Assembly: GCA_964613945.1 (NCBI GenBank)
Contig: CAZTJC010000016.1
Coordinates: forward strand, 26,283-90,282
Direction: 5' to 3'
Length of the DNA: 64,000 nucleotides
DNA from: an uncultured Acetobacteraceae bacterium
Lineage (GTDB): Bacteria > Pseudomonadota > Alphaproteobacteria > Acetobacterales > Acetobacteraceae
The notes under the pieces are model-generated. The model worked only from the letters and a program-made list of their open reading frames with translations. It did not search any database and was not told where the DNA came from. Position numbers and translations under genes: made by a program. Below are positions 50,869 through 58,979 of the stretch, one piece after another; within the stretch, counting starts at the first letter, position 1; each line of letters starts with the position of its first letter.

Positions 50869-51752
50869 GCGCCGGTGGCCTCGTGCCGCAGGAAGTTGGC
50901 CGCGATCTCCTGCCCGGTCGTGATCCACAGATCCGGGTAGGCCTGCGCGTATTGCAGGAACTCCCGCAGCAGCCGCAGCCGCATCGGGCGGCCGGAGCAT
51001 TGCGGATGCAGCACGGTGGTGATCAAGCCGCCCCAGTCGCGAGTCTCGTCCAGCTCGTCCTTCCAGATCGACAGCACGTGCTCCTTGGGGAAGATCGGGC
51101 GCGGCGAGAAGCGGGCCGACAAGCCGTGCATCCAGTCGTCGTAGGAGGGCGTCACCGGCAGTTCGATCGTGCCGGGCGAGCCGTCGGCCAGCACGTGCCG
51201 ATAGGGGCGGACGTCGTCGCGGAATGACGAGGTATAGACGATCCCCCGCGCCTTCAGCAGCGCCAGCAGCCCGGCGGTGAACTCGCCGAACGGCGCGCGG
51301 TAGCCGGTCGGCACAATGCCCAGGCGCCGCTTCAGCGTGTCGAAGCCGCGGTCCACTTCCTCGGTGATCCAGGGATCGCCCGGGTCGGGCAGGAGGTGAT
51401 GGTAGCCGTGATGGCCGATCTCGTGGCCACGCTTGAGCACGTCCTCGGCCATGGCCGGATAGGCGTCGACCGCCCAGCCGGTGGTGAAAAAGGTTGCCTT
51501 GAGGTCGAGTTGGTCAAGCAACTCCAGCAGGCGAGGCACGCCGACGCGGGCCTCAAACGAGCCCCAGCTCATCGTGATCAGCCGTTCGGCGTGGGCGGCT
51601 TCCTTGGACGTCCAGGCGCTCTCGGCGTCGATGTCGAAGCTGAGGAACATGGCGGCCCGGTATGGCTCCGGCCAGGGATACTCCGGCGCGGGCGGCGCCG
51701 GGTTGGCGGGGCGGACGGGGATGGAGTCGAGTTGCTCGCGGGTGAAGGGCAT
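50865..51752 (-). CDS. polysaccharide-deacetylase (CE4/NodB) fold protein, PuuE-related
   Basis: Trimmed to MPFTREQL (ATG at 51752). FLSFDIDAES and HEIGHHGYHH. The C-terminal GRPMRLRLLREFLQYAQ resembles PuuE GRPARMAALERFIQYAQ. Confidence 0.82.
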   Translation of the reverse strand: MPFTREQLDSIPVRPANPAPPAPEYPWPEPYRAAMFLSFDIDAESAWTSKEAAHAERLITMSWGSFEARVGVPRLLELLDQLDLKATFFTTGWAVDAYPAMAEDVLKRGHEIGHHGYHHLLPDPGDPWITEEVDRGFDTLKRRLGIVPTGYRAPFGEFTAGLLALLKARGIVYTSSFRDDVRPYRHVLADGSPGTIELPVTPSYDDWMHGLSARFSPRPIFPKEHVLSIWKDELDETRDWGGLITTVLHPQCSGRPMRLRLLREFLQYAQAYPDLWITTGQEIAANFLRHEATGA

Positions 51753-51757
51753 GGCGC

Positions 51758-52579
51758 TCACTGACCTGCGTTGATCGTTGCGCGCTCGACGCCCATGCCG
51801 TCCAGCTGCCACTTGGCCAGCAGCTTGGCGTAGGAGTCATCGGCGATCATCGCGTCGAGCGCGCCGGAGAGGGCCTTCTGCAAGCCGTCCGCCTTCGGGC
51901 CGGTGGCGATGCCGGTGTATTGCGTTGCGATCGGCTTGCCGAGGCCGACAAAGATACCGGGGTCCTGGCCCATGACATAGGGCAGGGTCTCGCCGCCTTG
52001 GACGGCGGCGTCGATCCGGCCTTGGCGGAGCTGGGTGCGGGCATCGGCCGAGCCTTCCGTGCCGACGAACACCACCGGCTTGTCCTCCGGGCAGTTCGCC
52101 TTGCTCCAGGCGGCGATCTCCCCCGGGAAGTTGGTGCGACGGCTGGCGCCGACCTTCTTGCCACACAACGCCTTCATGTCCGCGAACTCGGCGGCGCGGG
52201 AAGCCTGGGCGAGGAATTGCGGCCCGCTCTTGAGATAGTCGACAAAAGACGCGGTGTCGTGCCGGGTCGCGACGTCGGACATGCCGGACAGGACCATGTC
52301 GACGCGGTCGGTGGCGATGGCGGGCATCATCTGGTCGAACGAGGTCTCCTGCCAGGCGAGCTTGAGCCCGAGCTTGGCGGCCAACGCCTCGCCCAGTTCG
52401 ACGTCGAAGCCGGTCAGCTTGCCGGTGGCCGGGTCCTTGTATTCGAGCGGCGGGTAGTTGGGGACGATTGCCACGCGCAGCGTTTTCGAGCTGGCCACGG
52501 ACGGCGGTAGGCCCTGGGCGTGAAGCGAGGCCGGGCAGGCGAGCGACAACGCTAAGACGGCGAGGATCGGATGTTTCAT
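51758..52579 (-). CDS. amino-acid ABC transporter substrate-binding protein (family 3), paralogue 3
   Basis: 273 aa with a Sec signal. Shares VDYLKSGPQF, LCGKKVG, WSKANC and LRQGRIDAAVQGGETLPY with the SBP at 55005-55832. Confidence 0.87.
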   Translation of the reverse strand: MKHPILAVLALSLACPASLHAQGLPPSVASSKTLRVAIVPNYPPLEYKDPATGKLTGFDVELGEALAAKLGLKLAWQETSFDQMMPAIATDRVDMVLSGMSDVATRHDTASFVDYLKSGPQFLAQASRAAEFADMKALCGKKVGASRRTNFPGEIAAWSKANCPEDKPVVFVGTEGSADARTQLRQGRIDAAVQGGETLPYVMGQDPGIFVGLGKPIATQYTGIATGPKADGLQKALSGALDAMIADDSYAKLLAKWQLDGMGVERATINAGQ

Positions 52580-52592
52580 TGACGCAGCTCCA

Positions 52593-53387
52593 TCAAGGGG
52601 CGGGATTGGACAAGGCGGCAGCGTCCGAGTTTTCGGTCAGCCCGTGTTTGGCCAGTGCGGCGGCATATGAACCGTCGGCGACGGCGTCGCGCAGCGCCGC
52701 CGCCACGTCGTGCCGCAGCGAGGCCGATGATTTCGGGAAAGCAATGGCGATACTGAGGGCCGCCAAAGGCTTGCCGATGCGGACGTAGCGATCCTTCTCC
52801 TGCTCGAAAGTCCAAGGCACGGATTCGCTGCTCTGTACGACGGCGTCCACCCGGCCTTGGCCAAGTTGCAGCCGGGCGGCCTGGGTGCCGTCGGTGTTCT
52901 CCACCGTAATCGGTGGCTTTCCGGCGGGCAGGCAGTTCGCCGTGCTCCACTCCCGCATGCGGTCGGCAAAGCCGTTGCGTCGGTTGGCCCCGAGCTTCTG
53001 GCCGCAGAGATCGAGCAGCGAAGCGATCGGGGCGTGGCTGGTCACCGTGTAGGCCTGGATCCCGGACTGCAGGTAGTCGATGTAGTCCAGCCGATCGCGC
53101 GAGGCTGGCTCGTCCAGCAGGGAGAAGGCGAGGTCGACGCGGCCTGTGAGCAGGGCGGGAATGGCTTGCTCGTAGGACGTGTCCTGCCACTCGATGGGAC
53201 GTCCGAGCTTGCGGCCGACATAGGTCGCCAGGTCGACGTCGACGCCGGCGATCGCGCCGGTTTCGGGCACCTTGTAGGCCATCGGCGGGAAAGAGGCGAA
53301 GAGCGCGATGCGCAGCGGCGGACCTTCCGCCCGTCCCACGCCCGTCGACAGCAGGATGGCACATCCGGCGAGGAACAGGCGGCGCAT
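52593..53387 (-). CDS. amino-acid ABC transporter substrate-binding protein (family 3), paralogue 2 (most divergent)
   Basis: 264 aa with a Sec signal. IDYLQSGIQ, LCGQKLG, WSTANC, LGQGRVDAVVQSSESVPW. Confidence 0.85.
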   Translation of the reverse strand: MRRLFLAGCAILLSTGVGRAEGPPLRIALFASFPPMAYKVPETGAIAGVDVDLATYVGRKLGRPIEWQDTSYEQAIPALLTGRVDLAFSLLDEPASRDRLDYIDYLQSGIQAYTVTSHAPIASLLDLCGQKLGANRRNGFADRMREWSTANCLPAGKPPITVENTDGTQAARLQLGQGRVDAVVQSSESVPWTFEQEKDRYVRIGKPLAALSIAIAFPKSSASLRHDVAAALRDAVADGSYAAALAKHGLTENSDAAALSNPAP

Positions 53388-54166
53388 CAGCCGAGCACCG
53401 CGGACAGGAAAGCCTGCGTGCGCGCCTCCCGGGGCGTGCCGAGCACCTGGGCGGGCGGCCCGCTCTCCACGATGACGCCGGCGTCCATATACACCACCGT
53501 ATCGGCGACCTCGCGGGCGAACCCGAGTTCGTGGGTGACGATCATCATGGTCATTCCATCTTTTGCCAATTCCTTGATCACCGCCAGCACCTCGCCGACC
53601 AACTCCGGATCGAGCGCCGAGGTCGGTTCGTCGAACAGCATCAGGGCAGGGCGCATCGCCAGGGCCCGCGCGATGGCCACCCGTTGCTGCTGCCCGCCTG
53701 ATAGTTGCGCCGGATAGTTCGATGCCTTGTCGAGCAGGCCGACCCGGCGCAGTAGTTCCATTGCGTCTGCCCGTGCTTCCGCAGGCTTGCGCCGCTGTAC
53801 CTGGATCGGCCCTTCGGTGACATTCTCCAGCGCCGTTTTATGCGGGAACAGGTTGAACCGCTGGAACACCATGCCGGTTCGGCCTCGCTGACGGGCGATC
53901 TCGGCTTCCGACATCGCGTGCAGCTTGCCCTGCCGCTCGACGACGCCGAGCAGTTCGCCGTCGAGCCAGATGGCCCCACCGTCGAGCTTGGCGAGCTGAT
54001 TGACGCAGCGGAGCAAGGTCGTCTTGCCCGAGCCCGACGCGCCGATGAGGCACAGCACTTCGCCGTGCCACACGTCTAGCGACACGCCCCGCAGCGCCTG
54101 GAACGGGCCGAACGACTTCCTGGCATCGCGGATGGCGACCAACGGCTTGGCATCGGACCCGCTCAT
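53387..54166 (-). CDS. amino-acid ABC transporter ATP-binding protein
   Basis: 259 aa. [40 protein letters not shown]. This is the only polar-amino-acid-type ATPase in the window. Confidence 0.93.
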   Translation of the reverse strand: MSGSDAKPLVAIRDARKSFGPFQALRGVSLDVWHGEVLCLIGASGSGKTTLLRCVNQLAKLDGGAIWLDGELLGVVERQGKLHAMSEAEIARQRGRTGMVFQRFNLFPHKTALENVTEGPIQVQRRKPAEARADAMELLRRVGLLDKASNYPAQLSGGQQQRVAIARALAMRPALMLFDEPTSALDPELVGEVLAVIKELAKDGMTMMIVTHELGFAREVADTVVYMDAGVIVESGPPAQVLGTPREARTQAFLSAVLG

Positions 54167-55008
54167 CGTGCGGTTCCTCGCGAGAAGAACCGCTCCAGCA
54201 GTATCTGCAGGGGAGTCAGGATCGAAACGACCAGCAGGTACCAGAGCCCGGCCACGATCAGCAGCTCGATGACACGCGAGTTCGCGTAATAGATGTTCTC
54301 AGCCGCGTGCAGCACCTCCGGATACTGGATCACGCTGGCGAGCGAGGTAGCCTTGACCATGCCGATGAACTCGTTGCCGAGCGGCGGCAGCACCACACGC
54401 ATCGCCTGCGGCAAGATGATCCGCCGCAGCGCCTTGAGCCGGCCCATGCCGATGGCGGACGCCGCCTCGTATTGACCGCTATCGACCGACAACATGCCCG
54501 CCCGCATCACCTCGGAGGTGTAGGCGGCCTGGTTCAAACCCAGGCCGAGCAGGGCGGCGAGGAACGGCGTCATGATGTCCACGGCGCGTCCCGACCAGAT
54601 TCCGGGGATACCCAGCACGGGAAACACCAAGGCCAGGTTGAACCAAAGCAGAAGCTGCAGGATCAACGGGGTGCCGCGGAACAACCAAGTGTAGAAAACG
54701 GCGACGGAGGCCAGCACCGGGTTGGGGGAAAGCCGCATCACCGCGATGACGATGCCGAGGACGATTCCCAGCGCCATGGCCAGCACCGCCATCACCATCG
54801 TGTTGACGATCCCGGTAAGGATGACCGGCACGGTGATGAAGCGGCCGACATAGCTCCACTCGATCTGCCCCTGGGCGAACGCGCGCGCGAGCAGGGTGAA
54901 GACGGCCAGGATGAGCGCCACCGCCACCCACCGTCCCCAGTGCATCCGCCGGGCGACCGGTAGGCCGGACAGATCCGGAAACTGATAAGAGAGCTTCGTT
55001 GCGCTCAT
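54163..55008 (-). CDS. amino-acid ABC transporter permease (single, long form)
   Basis: Trimmed to [10 protein letters not shown] (ATGA overlap with the SBP stop at 55005-55008). [11 protein letters not shown] block. Its stop overlaps the ATPase start. Confidence 0.87.
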   Translation of the reverse strand: MSATKLSYQFPDLSGLPVARRMHWGRWVAVALILAVFTLLARAFAQGQIEWSYVGRFITVPVILTGIVNTMVMAVLAMALGIVLGIVIAVMRLSPNPVLASVAVFYTWLFRGTPLILQLLLWFNLALVFPVLGIPGIWSGRAVDIMTPFLAALLGLGLNQAAYTSEVMRAGMLSVDSGQYEAASAIGMGRLKALRRIILPQAMRVVLPPLGNEFIGMVKATSLASVIQYPEVLHAAENIYYANSRVIELLIVAGLWYLLVVSILTPLQILLERFFSRGTAR

Positions 55009-55832
55009 TGCGGCGAGGCATTCAGCAGTGGTTTCGGCACTGCGTTCGCCGACAGACCCCATTTGGTGAGGATCGCGGTGTAGCTACCGTCGGCGATCAA
55101 TGCCTCTAGCGCCCCCGTCACCGCTTCCCTGAGCGGACCAGCATCCTTGCGAAAGGCGATACCCTGGTAGCCGACCGCGAAGGGCGAGCCGACCAGCCGA
55201 TACCGGCCGGGCTCGTTGCTCTGCGCGTAGGGCAGCGTCTCGCTTCCCTGCACCGCCGCGTCGACCCGGCCCTGCTTGAGCTGGTTACGCACGTCGATGC
55301 TGTTCTCGCCGGCCATGTATTGGATGCCCGATTTGCCCGCCGCTTCGCAATTTGCCTTGCTCCATTTGTCGACCTCGGCCGGAAACGAGGTGGAGCGGAC
55401 GGTGCCGACCCGCTTGCCGCAGAGATCGGTCGGCGCCTGTATTGCGCTGTCCGCCAGGACGAAGAATTGCGGCCCGGTGCCGAGATAATCGACGAAGTCC
55501 ATCGTCTCGCGCCGGGAGCCACGGTCGGAGAAACCGCTGATGACGAAATCGGTGCGGCCGGTTTGCAGCGAGGGGATCAGCTGGTCGAAGGGCACGTCGG
55601 TCCAGGTGACCGTGACGCCGAGCTTCTTGGCGATTGCGGCCGCGAGGTCGACGTCGAGGCCCATGAGGTCGTTGGTCGCCGGGTCGCGATACTCCATGGG
55701 CGCGTAGGTCGAGTTGATCGACAGCTTGAGAATTCCCGCGGCGCGGATGGCCTCCGGGAGCTCCGCGGCAGGCGCGTCATTGGCTGCGAGCAGGAAGGTC
55801 AGCAGGGCAGCAAGGCCGGTCGCTATTCTCAT
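55005..55832 (-). CDS. amino-acid ABC transporter substrate-binding protein (family 3), paralogue 1
   Basis: 275 aa with a Sec signal. VDYLGTGPQF, LCGKRVG, WSKANC, LKQGRVDAAVQGSETLPY. Confidence 0.87.
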   Translation of the reverse strand: MRIATGLAALLTFLLAANDAPAAELPEAIRAAGILKLSINSTYAPMEYRDPATNDLMGLDVDLAAAIAKKLGVTVTWTDVPFDQLIPSLQTGRTDFVISGFSDRGSRRETMDFVDYLGTGPQFFVLADSAIQAPTDLCGKRVGTVRSTSFPAEVDKWSKANCEAAGKSGIQYMAGENSIDVRNQLKQGRVDAAVQGSETLPYAQSNEPGRYRLVGSPFAVGYQGIAFRKDAGPLREAVTGALEALIADGSYTAILTKWGLSANAVPKPLLNASPQ

Positions 55833-55859
55833 GGTGGTACCTCCGCGGCGTCGTTGACC

Positions 55860-56801
55860 TCAGGCGGGTTCGATCACTCCGGCGCGTTCGGTTATCGGGC
55901 CGTATTGGCCGGGCTGTCGGTGGGCGCCGAGGTCGAACATCTTGGACTTGCCCTGCTGGCACAGATCGAGGTCGCAATCGGCCACGATCACCTCGTCTCC
56001 GAGGGTTTCAGCCTCGGCCACGATCAGGCCGTTCGGATCGACGATGCAGGAACCGCCGATCAGGCCCGAACCATCCTCGTCGCCCGCCTTGGCCACGGCC
56101 ACGGCCCAGGTGGCGTTCATGTAGGCGTTGGCCTGCACCACCAGCTTGGAATGGAACGTGCGCAGTTCCGCGCCTTCGGTCGAGCCGCCATTTGGGTCAT
56201 AGGCGGCGGAGTTGTAGCCGACGCAGACCAGTTCCACGCCCTGCAGGCCCAGCACGCGCCAGGCTTCCGGCCAGCGCCGGTCGTTGCAAATCATCATGCC
56301 GGCGATGGCGCCGCCCCAATCGGGGCCGGCGCGGAAGGCCGGAAAGCCGGTATCGCCGTATGCGAAGTAGCGCTTTTCGAGTTGCTGGAACCGCGCTCCT
56401 TCGCGGGGCTCGACAGATCCAGGCAGATGCACCTTCCGGTAACGTCCCAGTACGGTGCCATCCGGCTCGACTAGAATGGCGCAGTTGAAACGCTCGCCCT
56501 CGGCGGTGATCTCCGCGTAGCCCACGGAAAAGCCGACGCCGAGCGCCTTTGCCCGGTCGAACAGGGGCTGGACCAAAGGATTGGGCATGGCGCGTTCGTA
56601 GTATTGGTCGAGTTCCGGCCCTTGGAGGAACCAGCGTGGAAAGAAGGTGGTGAAGGCAAGCTCCGGGAACACGCACAGCGTTGCGCCCTGGGCGGCGGCC
56701 TTTTCCAGCAGCATCACCATGCGGGCCAGGATCGCCTCGCGGCTATCGGCACGTTGGTTGGGGCCCATTTGGCAGGCTGCAAGGCGAATTACTCTAGGCA
56801 T
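55860..56801 (-). CDS. N-carbamoyl-D-amino-acid hydrolase-like (nitrilase-superfamily D-carbamoylase)
   Basis: Trimmed to MPRVIRLAACQMGP (ATG at 56801). FPELAFTTFFPRWF (Glu), YRKVHLPG (Lys) and MICNDRRWPEAWRV (Cys) closely follow the Agrobacterium DCase sequence as I recall it. Confidence 0.88.
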   Translation of the reverse strand: MPRVIRLAACQMGPNQRADSREAILARMVMLLEKAAAQGATLCVFPELAFTTFFPRWFLQGPELDQYYERAMPNPLVQPLFDRAKALGVGFSVGYAEITAEGERFNCAILVEPDGTVLGRYRKVHLPGSVEPREGARFQQLEKRYFAYGDTGFPAFRAGPDWGGAIAGMMICNDRRWPEAWRVLGLQGVELVCVGYNSAAYDPNGGSTEGAELRTFHSKLVVQANAYMNATWAVAVAKAGDEDGSGLIGGSCIVDPNGLIVAEAETLGDEVIVADCDLDLCQQGKSKMFDLGAHRQPGQYGPITERAGVIEPA

Positions 56802-56853
56802 GTGCCTTCTTTCTATGCATTTGGCCGGTTCGCTCAATCAGAGTCCCGCGCTT

Positions 56854-56882
56854 ATGCAAGCACTAGCAGCAAATCCTTGCAT
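56854..56882. promoter_or_regulatory. inverted repeat ATGCAAG-N15-CTTGCAT in the divergent LysR/carbamoylase control region
   Basis: Read directly. A TATAAT hexamer lies at 56909-56914, 31 nt upstream of the LysR ATG. Confidence 0.35.
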
Positions 56883-56944
56883 TGATTTCGGGAAATCGCC
56901 GCAAACGTTATAATGATTCGGGCTAGACTATTCAAAAGGTGAAT

Positions 56945-57898
56945 ATGACGCTGCGTCAACTCGAACTCCTGCGTGCCTTGATTCGCCATCGAACCACGGT
57001 TGCGGCCGCTCAGGACCTCGGCTTGACCCAGCCCGCGGTCAGCAACGCCCTGCGGGCGTTGGAGCAGCAACTTGGATTTGCCCTGTTCCACCGCGTCAAC
57101 AATCGGCTGTTTCCGACCGATGAGGCGTTGAGTTTGTATGCGGATGGCGAGGCCATCTTCGCGCTCCACGATCGCCTTCAAGGTCGGGTGCAGGAGATTC
57201 AGCGAGGGACCGGCGGTAGGCTCTCCATTGTGGCGACTCCGCCCTTAGCCGACAGCCTGATACCGTCGGCACTTCGCCGCTTTCTTGCGGCACGCCCGGG
57301 CACGCAGGTGTTCCTGGACGTCAGGCGGTATGAAGGCGTGACCGAGGCCGTGCTGACACGAGTGGCCGATCTCGGTTTCGCACTCGGCTTCGTGCGCCAG
57401 TCTGGGATTGGTCACCAAGTCATCCACACGGGCGAGATGGTGTGCGTGCTGCCGCCGGGTCACCGGCTTGCAAGGCTGGAGATGGTCACTCCCCGAGACT
57501 TGGCCGGAACGCCGATGATCGGTCTCGAACGCGGCACACGCCTGGGTGAAGCGGTGCGGGCTCGTTTCGAGCAGGAGCAGGTGGCGTATACGCCGAGCGT
57601 GGAGGTTCGCTACTGCAACACGGCCTGCGTCCTCGCCGCGGCCGGGGTCGGTGTCGCCGTGGTGGACCCGTTTTCGCCTAATCAGGCCGTTGGCACCCTG
57701 GATGTGCGTCGGTTCGCTCCTGCCACGCCCGCCGTCGCCCATGCGCTTTGGTCCGAGGCACAACCGCTTTCCCGCATCGGCGAGGCTTTCCTGCGGCTTG
57801 TCGTCGAGGTGGCGCAGACTCGCCTTGGATCGATCGAAGATGCCGTGTTGCGGGAGGGTGGGGCGCCTCATGCAGGATCTGTGGGCGCAGATCTCTAG
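56945..57898 (+). CDS. LysR-family transcriptional regulator
   Basis: I prefer the ATG at 56945 (MTLRQLELLRALIRHRTTVAAAQDLGLTQPAVSNALRALEQQLGFALFHR); the track start is a GTG at 56939. Divergent from the operon at 46.6-56.8 kb. Confidence 0.92.
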   Translation: MTLRQLELLRALIRHRTTVAAAQDLGLTQPAVSNALRALEQQLGFALFHRVNNRLFPTDEALSLYADGEAIFALHDRLQGRVQEIQRGTGGRLSIVATPPLADSLIPSALRRFLAARPGTQVFLDVRRYEGVTEAVLTRVADLGFALGFVRQSGIGHQVIHTGEMVCVLPPGHRLARLEMVTPRDLAGTPMIGLERGTRLGEAVRARFEQEQVAYTPSVEVRYCNTACVLAAAGVGVAVVDPFSPNQAVGTLDVRRFAPATPAVAHALWSEAQPLSRIGEAFLRLVVEVAQTRLGSIEDAVLREGGAPHAGSVGADL

Positions 57899-58051
57899 AA
57901 CGGGAAGCGATTAGATTTTTGGTGTCGGCATTGCTGCCGTCAGGTCAGCATCGAGACTGACGGGCTGTCGAAAGATGGTGTCACCCTGCATCACCACGAA
58001 GAAAGTGGATTAGGCCAAGCGTAGGAGATGACGACTACAGCGACGTGCCGC

Positions 58052-58450
58052 TCAGTCCGGTTCGTACGGGAGCGGTTCGTTGGCGCTGTCGAGAAACTCG
58101 ACGGTCGTGAATACCAGTTCGGTAGTTCCGACGTTCTCGAGGTCGTGGATTTTGTGCTCGCCGGGGCCGTAGCTCTGGTGGCTGGTCTGCCCGGCAGTGT
58201 AGTCGGCCTTCACCGTCGATCCATCCTCCTGATGCGAGATCGCCTGCCCGGGTGTCACTGCGGTCCAGAAATAGTCGAGCACGTGACGGTGGAAGCCGAT
58301 TCGCTCGCCAGGCTGGAGGCGGATTTCCCAAACGCGCACCCGGTCGGTGGCCGAGAGCAATCGGGTGCCTACGCCACCATTGAACTGGTTGGCTGCCAGA
58401 TCGGCGGTCAGTGCAGCGGACCAATCGGTTTGCTCGAGTGTGGTGCCCAT
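58052..58450 (-). CDS. cupin-domain protein
   Basis: Trimmed to MGTTLEQTDW (ATG at 58450), because the longer frame runs into the tRNA. Cupin-like blocks GERIGFHRHVLDYFW and GEHKIHDLENVG. Confidence 0.7.
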   Translation of the reverse strand: MGTTLEQTDWSAALTADLAANQFNGGVGTRLLSATDRVRVWEIRLQPGERIGFHRHVLDYFWTAVTPGQAISHQEDGSTVKADYTAGQTSHQSYGPGEHKIHDLENVGTTELVFTTVEFLDSANEPLPYEPD

Positions 58451-58491
58451 AGTCGTGTCTCCTTCAGCGAGAACAATGACCGCAACCATGA

Positions 58492-58581
58492 TGGCGGAGA
58501 GAGTGGGATTCGAACCCACGGTACGCTTGCACGCACACACGCTTTCCAAGCGTGCGCCTTAAACCACTCGGCCATCTCTCC
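58492..58581 (-). tRNA. tRNA-Ser (anticodon GGA), 90 nt including encoded CCA
   Basis: Folded by hand. Acceptor GGAGAGA/TCTCTCC; D arm GCC..GGC; anticodon stem CACGC/GCGTG with loop TTGGAAA; long variable arm; T arm GTGGG-TTCGAAT-CCCAC; discriminator G plus CCA. Confidence 0.93.
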
Positions 58582-58610
58582 AGCGCGACGGCGCTATAGC
58601 ACTGCTCTGG

Positions 58611-58979
58611 CTAGCTCGTCACCCGTCCTTCGGCACATGAACGCCATGGAAGTTGACCAAGCGGCACCTCGCGGCCCCAGTTTCCCTCGAAGCAATGCCG
58701 ATCCGGCAGGAATCGCAGCCGAGCGATGCCGGTGCCGTACACGTCGGTCCACTGGAACAACGCCACATCACAGCTTTCGTCGCCAATGGGTTCGAGTGTC
58801 CCGGTGACGTCGCGGTCGGGTTCGTGCAACACGTAGCGCCCGTGTAGCCCGTCTGCACTGTCTTCGATCCAGGTGTCGATCGCCTTGGGGCCGACGCTTT
58901 CGACTTCGCCGCGGTAAAAGCCGGTAACGCTGCCATGCCAACTCGCGCACGCCGCGACAAGCAACAGGGCAGGAAGCAT
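58611..58979 (-). CDS. hypothetical lipoprotein
   Basis: Trimmed to [17 protein letters not shown] (lipobox VAAC). Its ATG shares one nucleotide with the lepA stop (TGATG). Confidence 0.6.
   Translation of the reverse strand: MLPALLLVAACASWHGSVTGFYRGEVESVGPKAIDTWIEDSADGLHGRYVLHEPDRDVTGTLEPIGDESCDVALFQWTDVYGTGIARLRFLPDRHCFEGNWGREVPLGQLPWRSCAEGRVTS

Noticed and set aside
57937-57963. Hairpin CCGTCAG-N13-CTGACGG after the LysR stop, as a possible bidirectional terminator.
   Set aside because: It has only 7 bp with a 13-nt loop and no U-tract on either strand. That is too weak to annotate.
58028-58807. 259-aa plus-strand ORF crossing the tRNA-Ser locus.
   Set aside because: It runs antisense through a well-folding tRNA and two minus-strand genes, and has no domain features.
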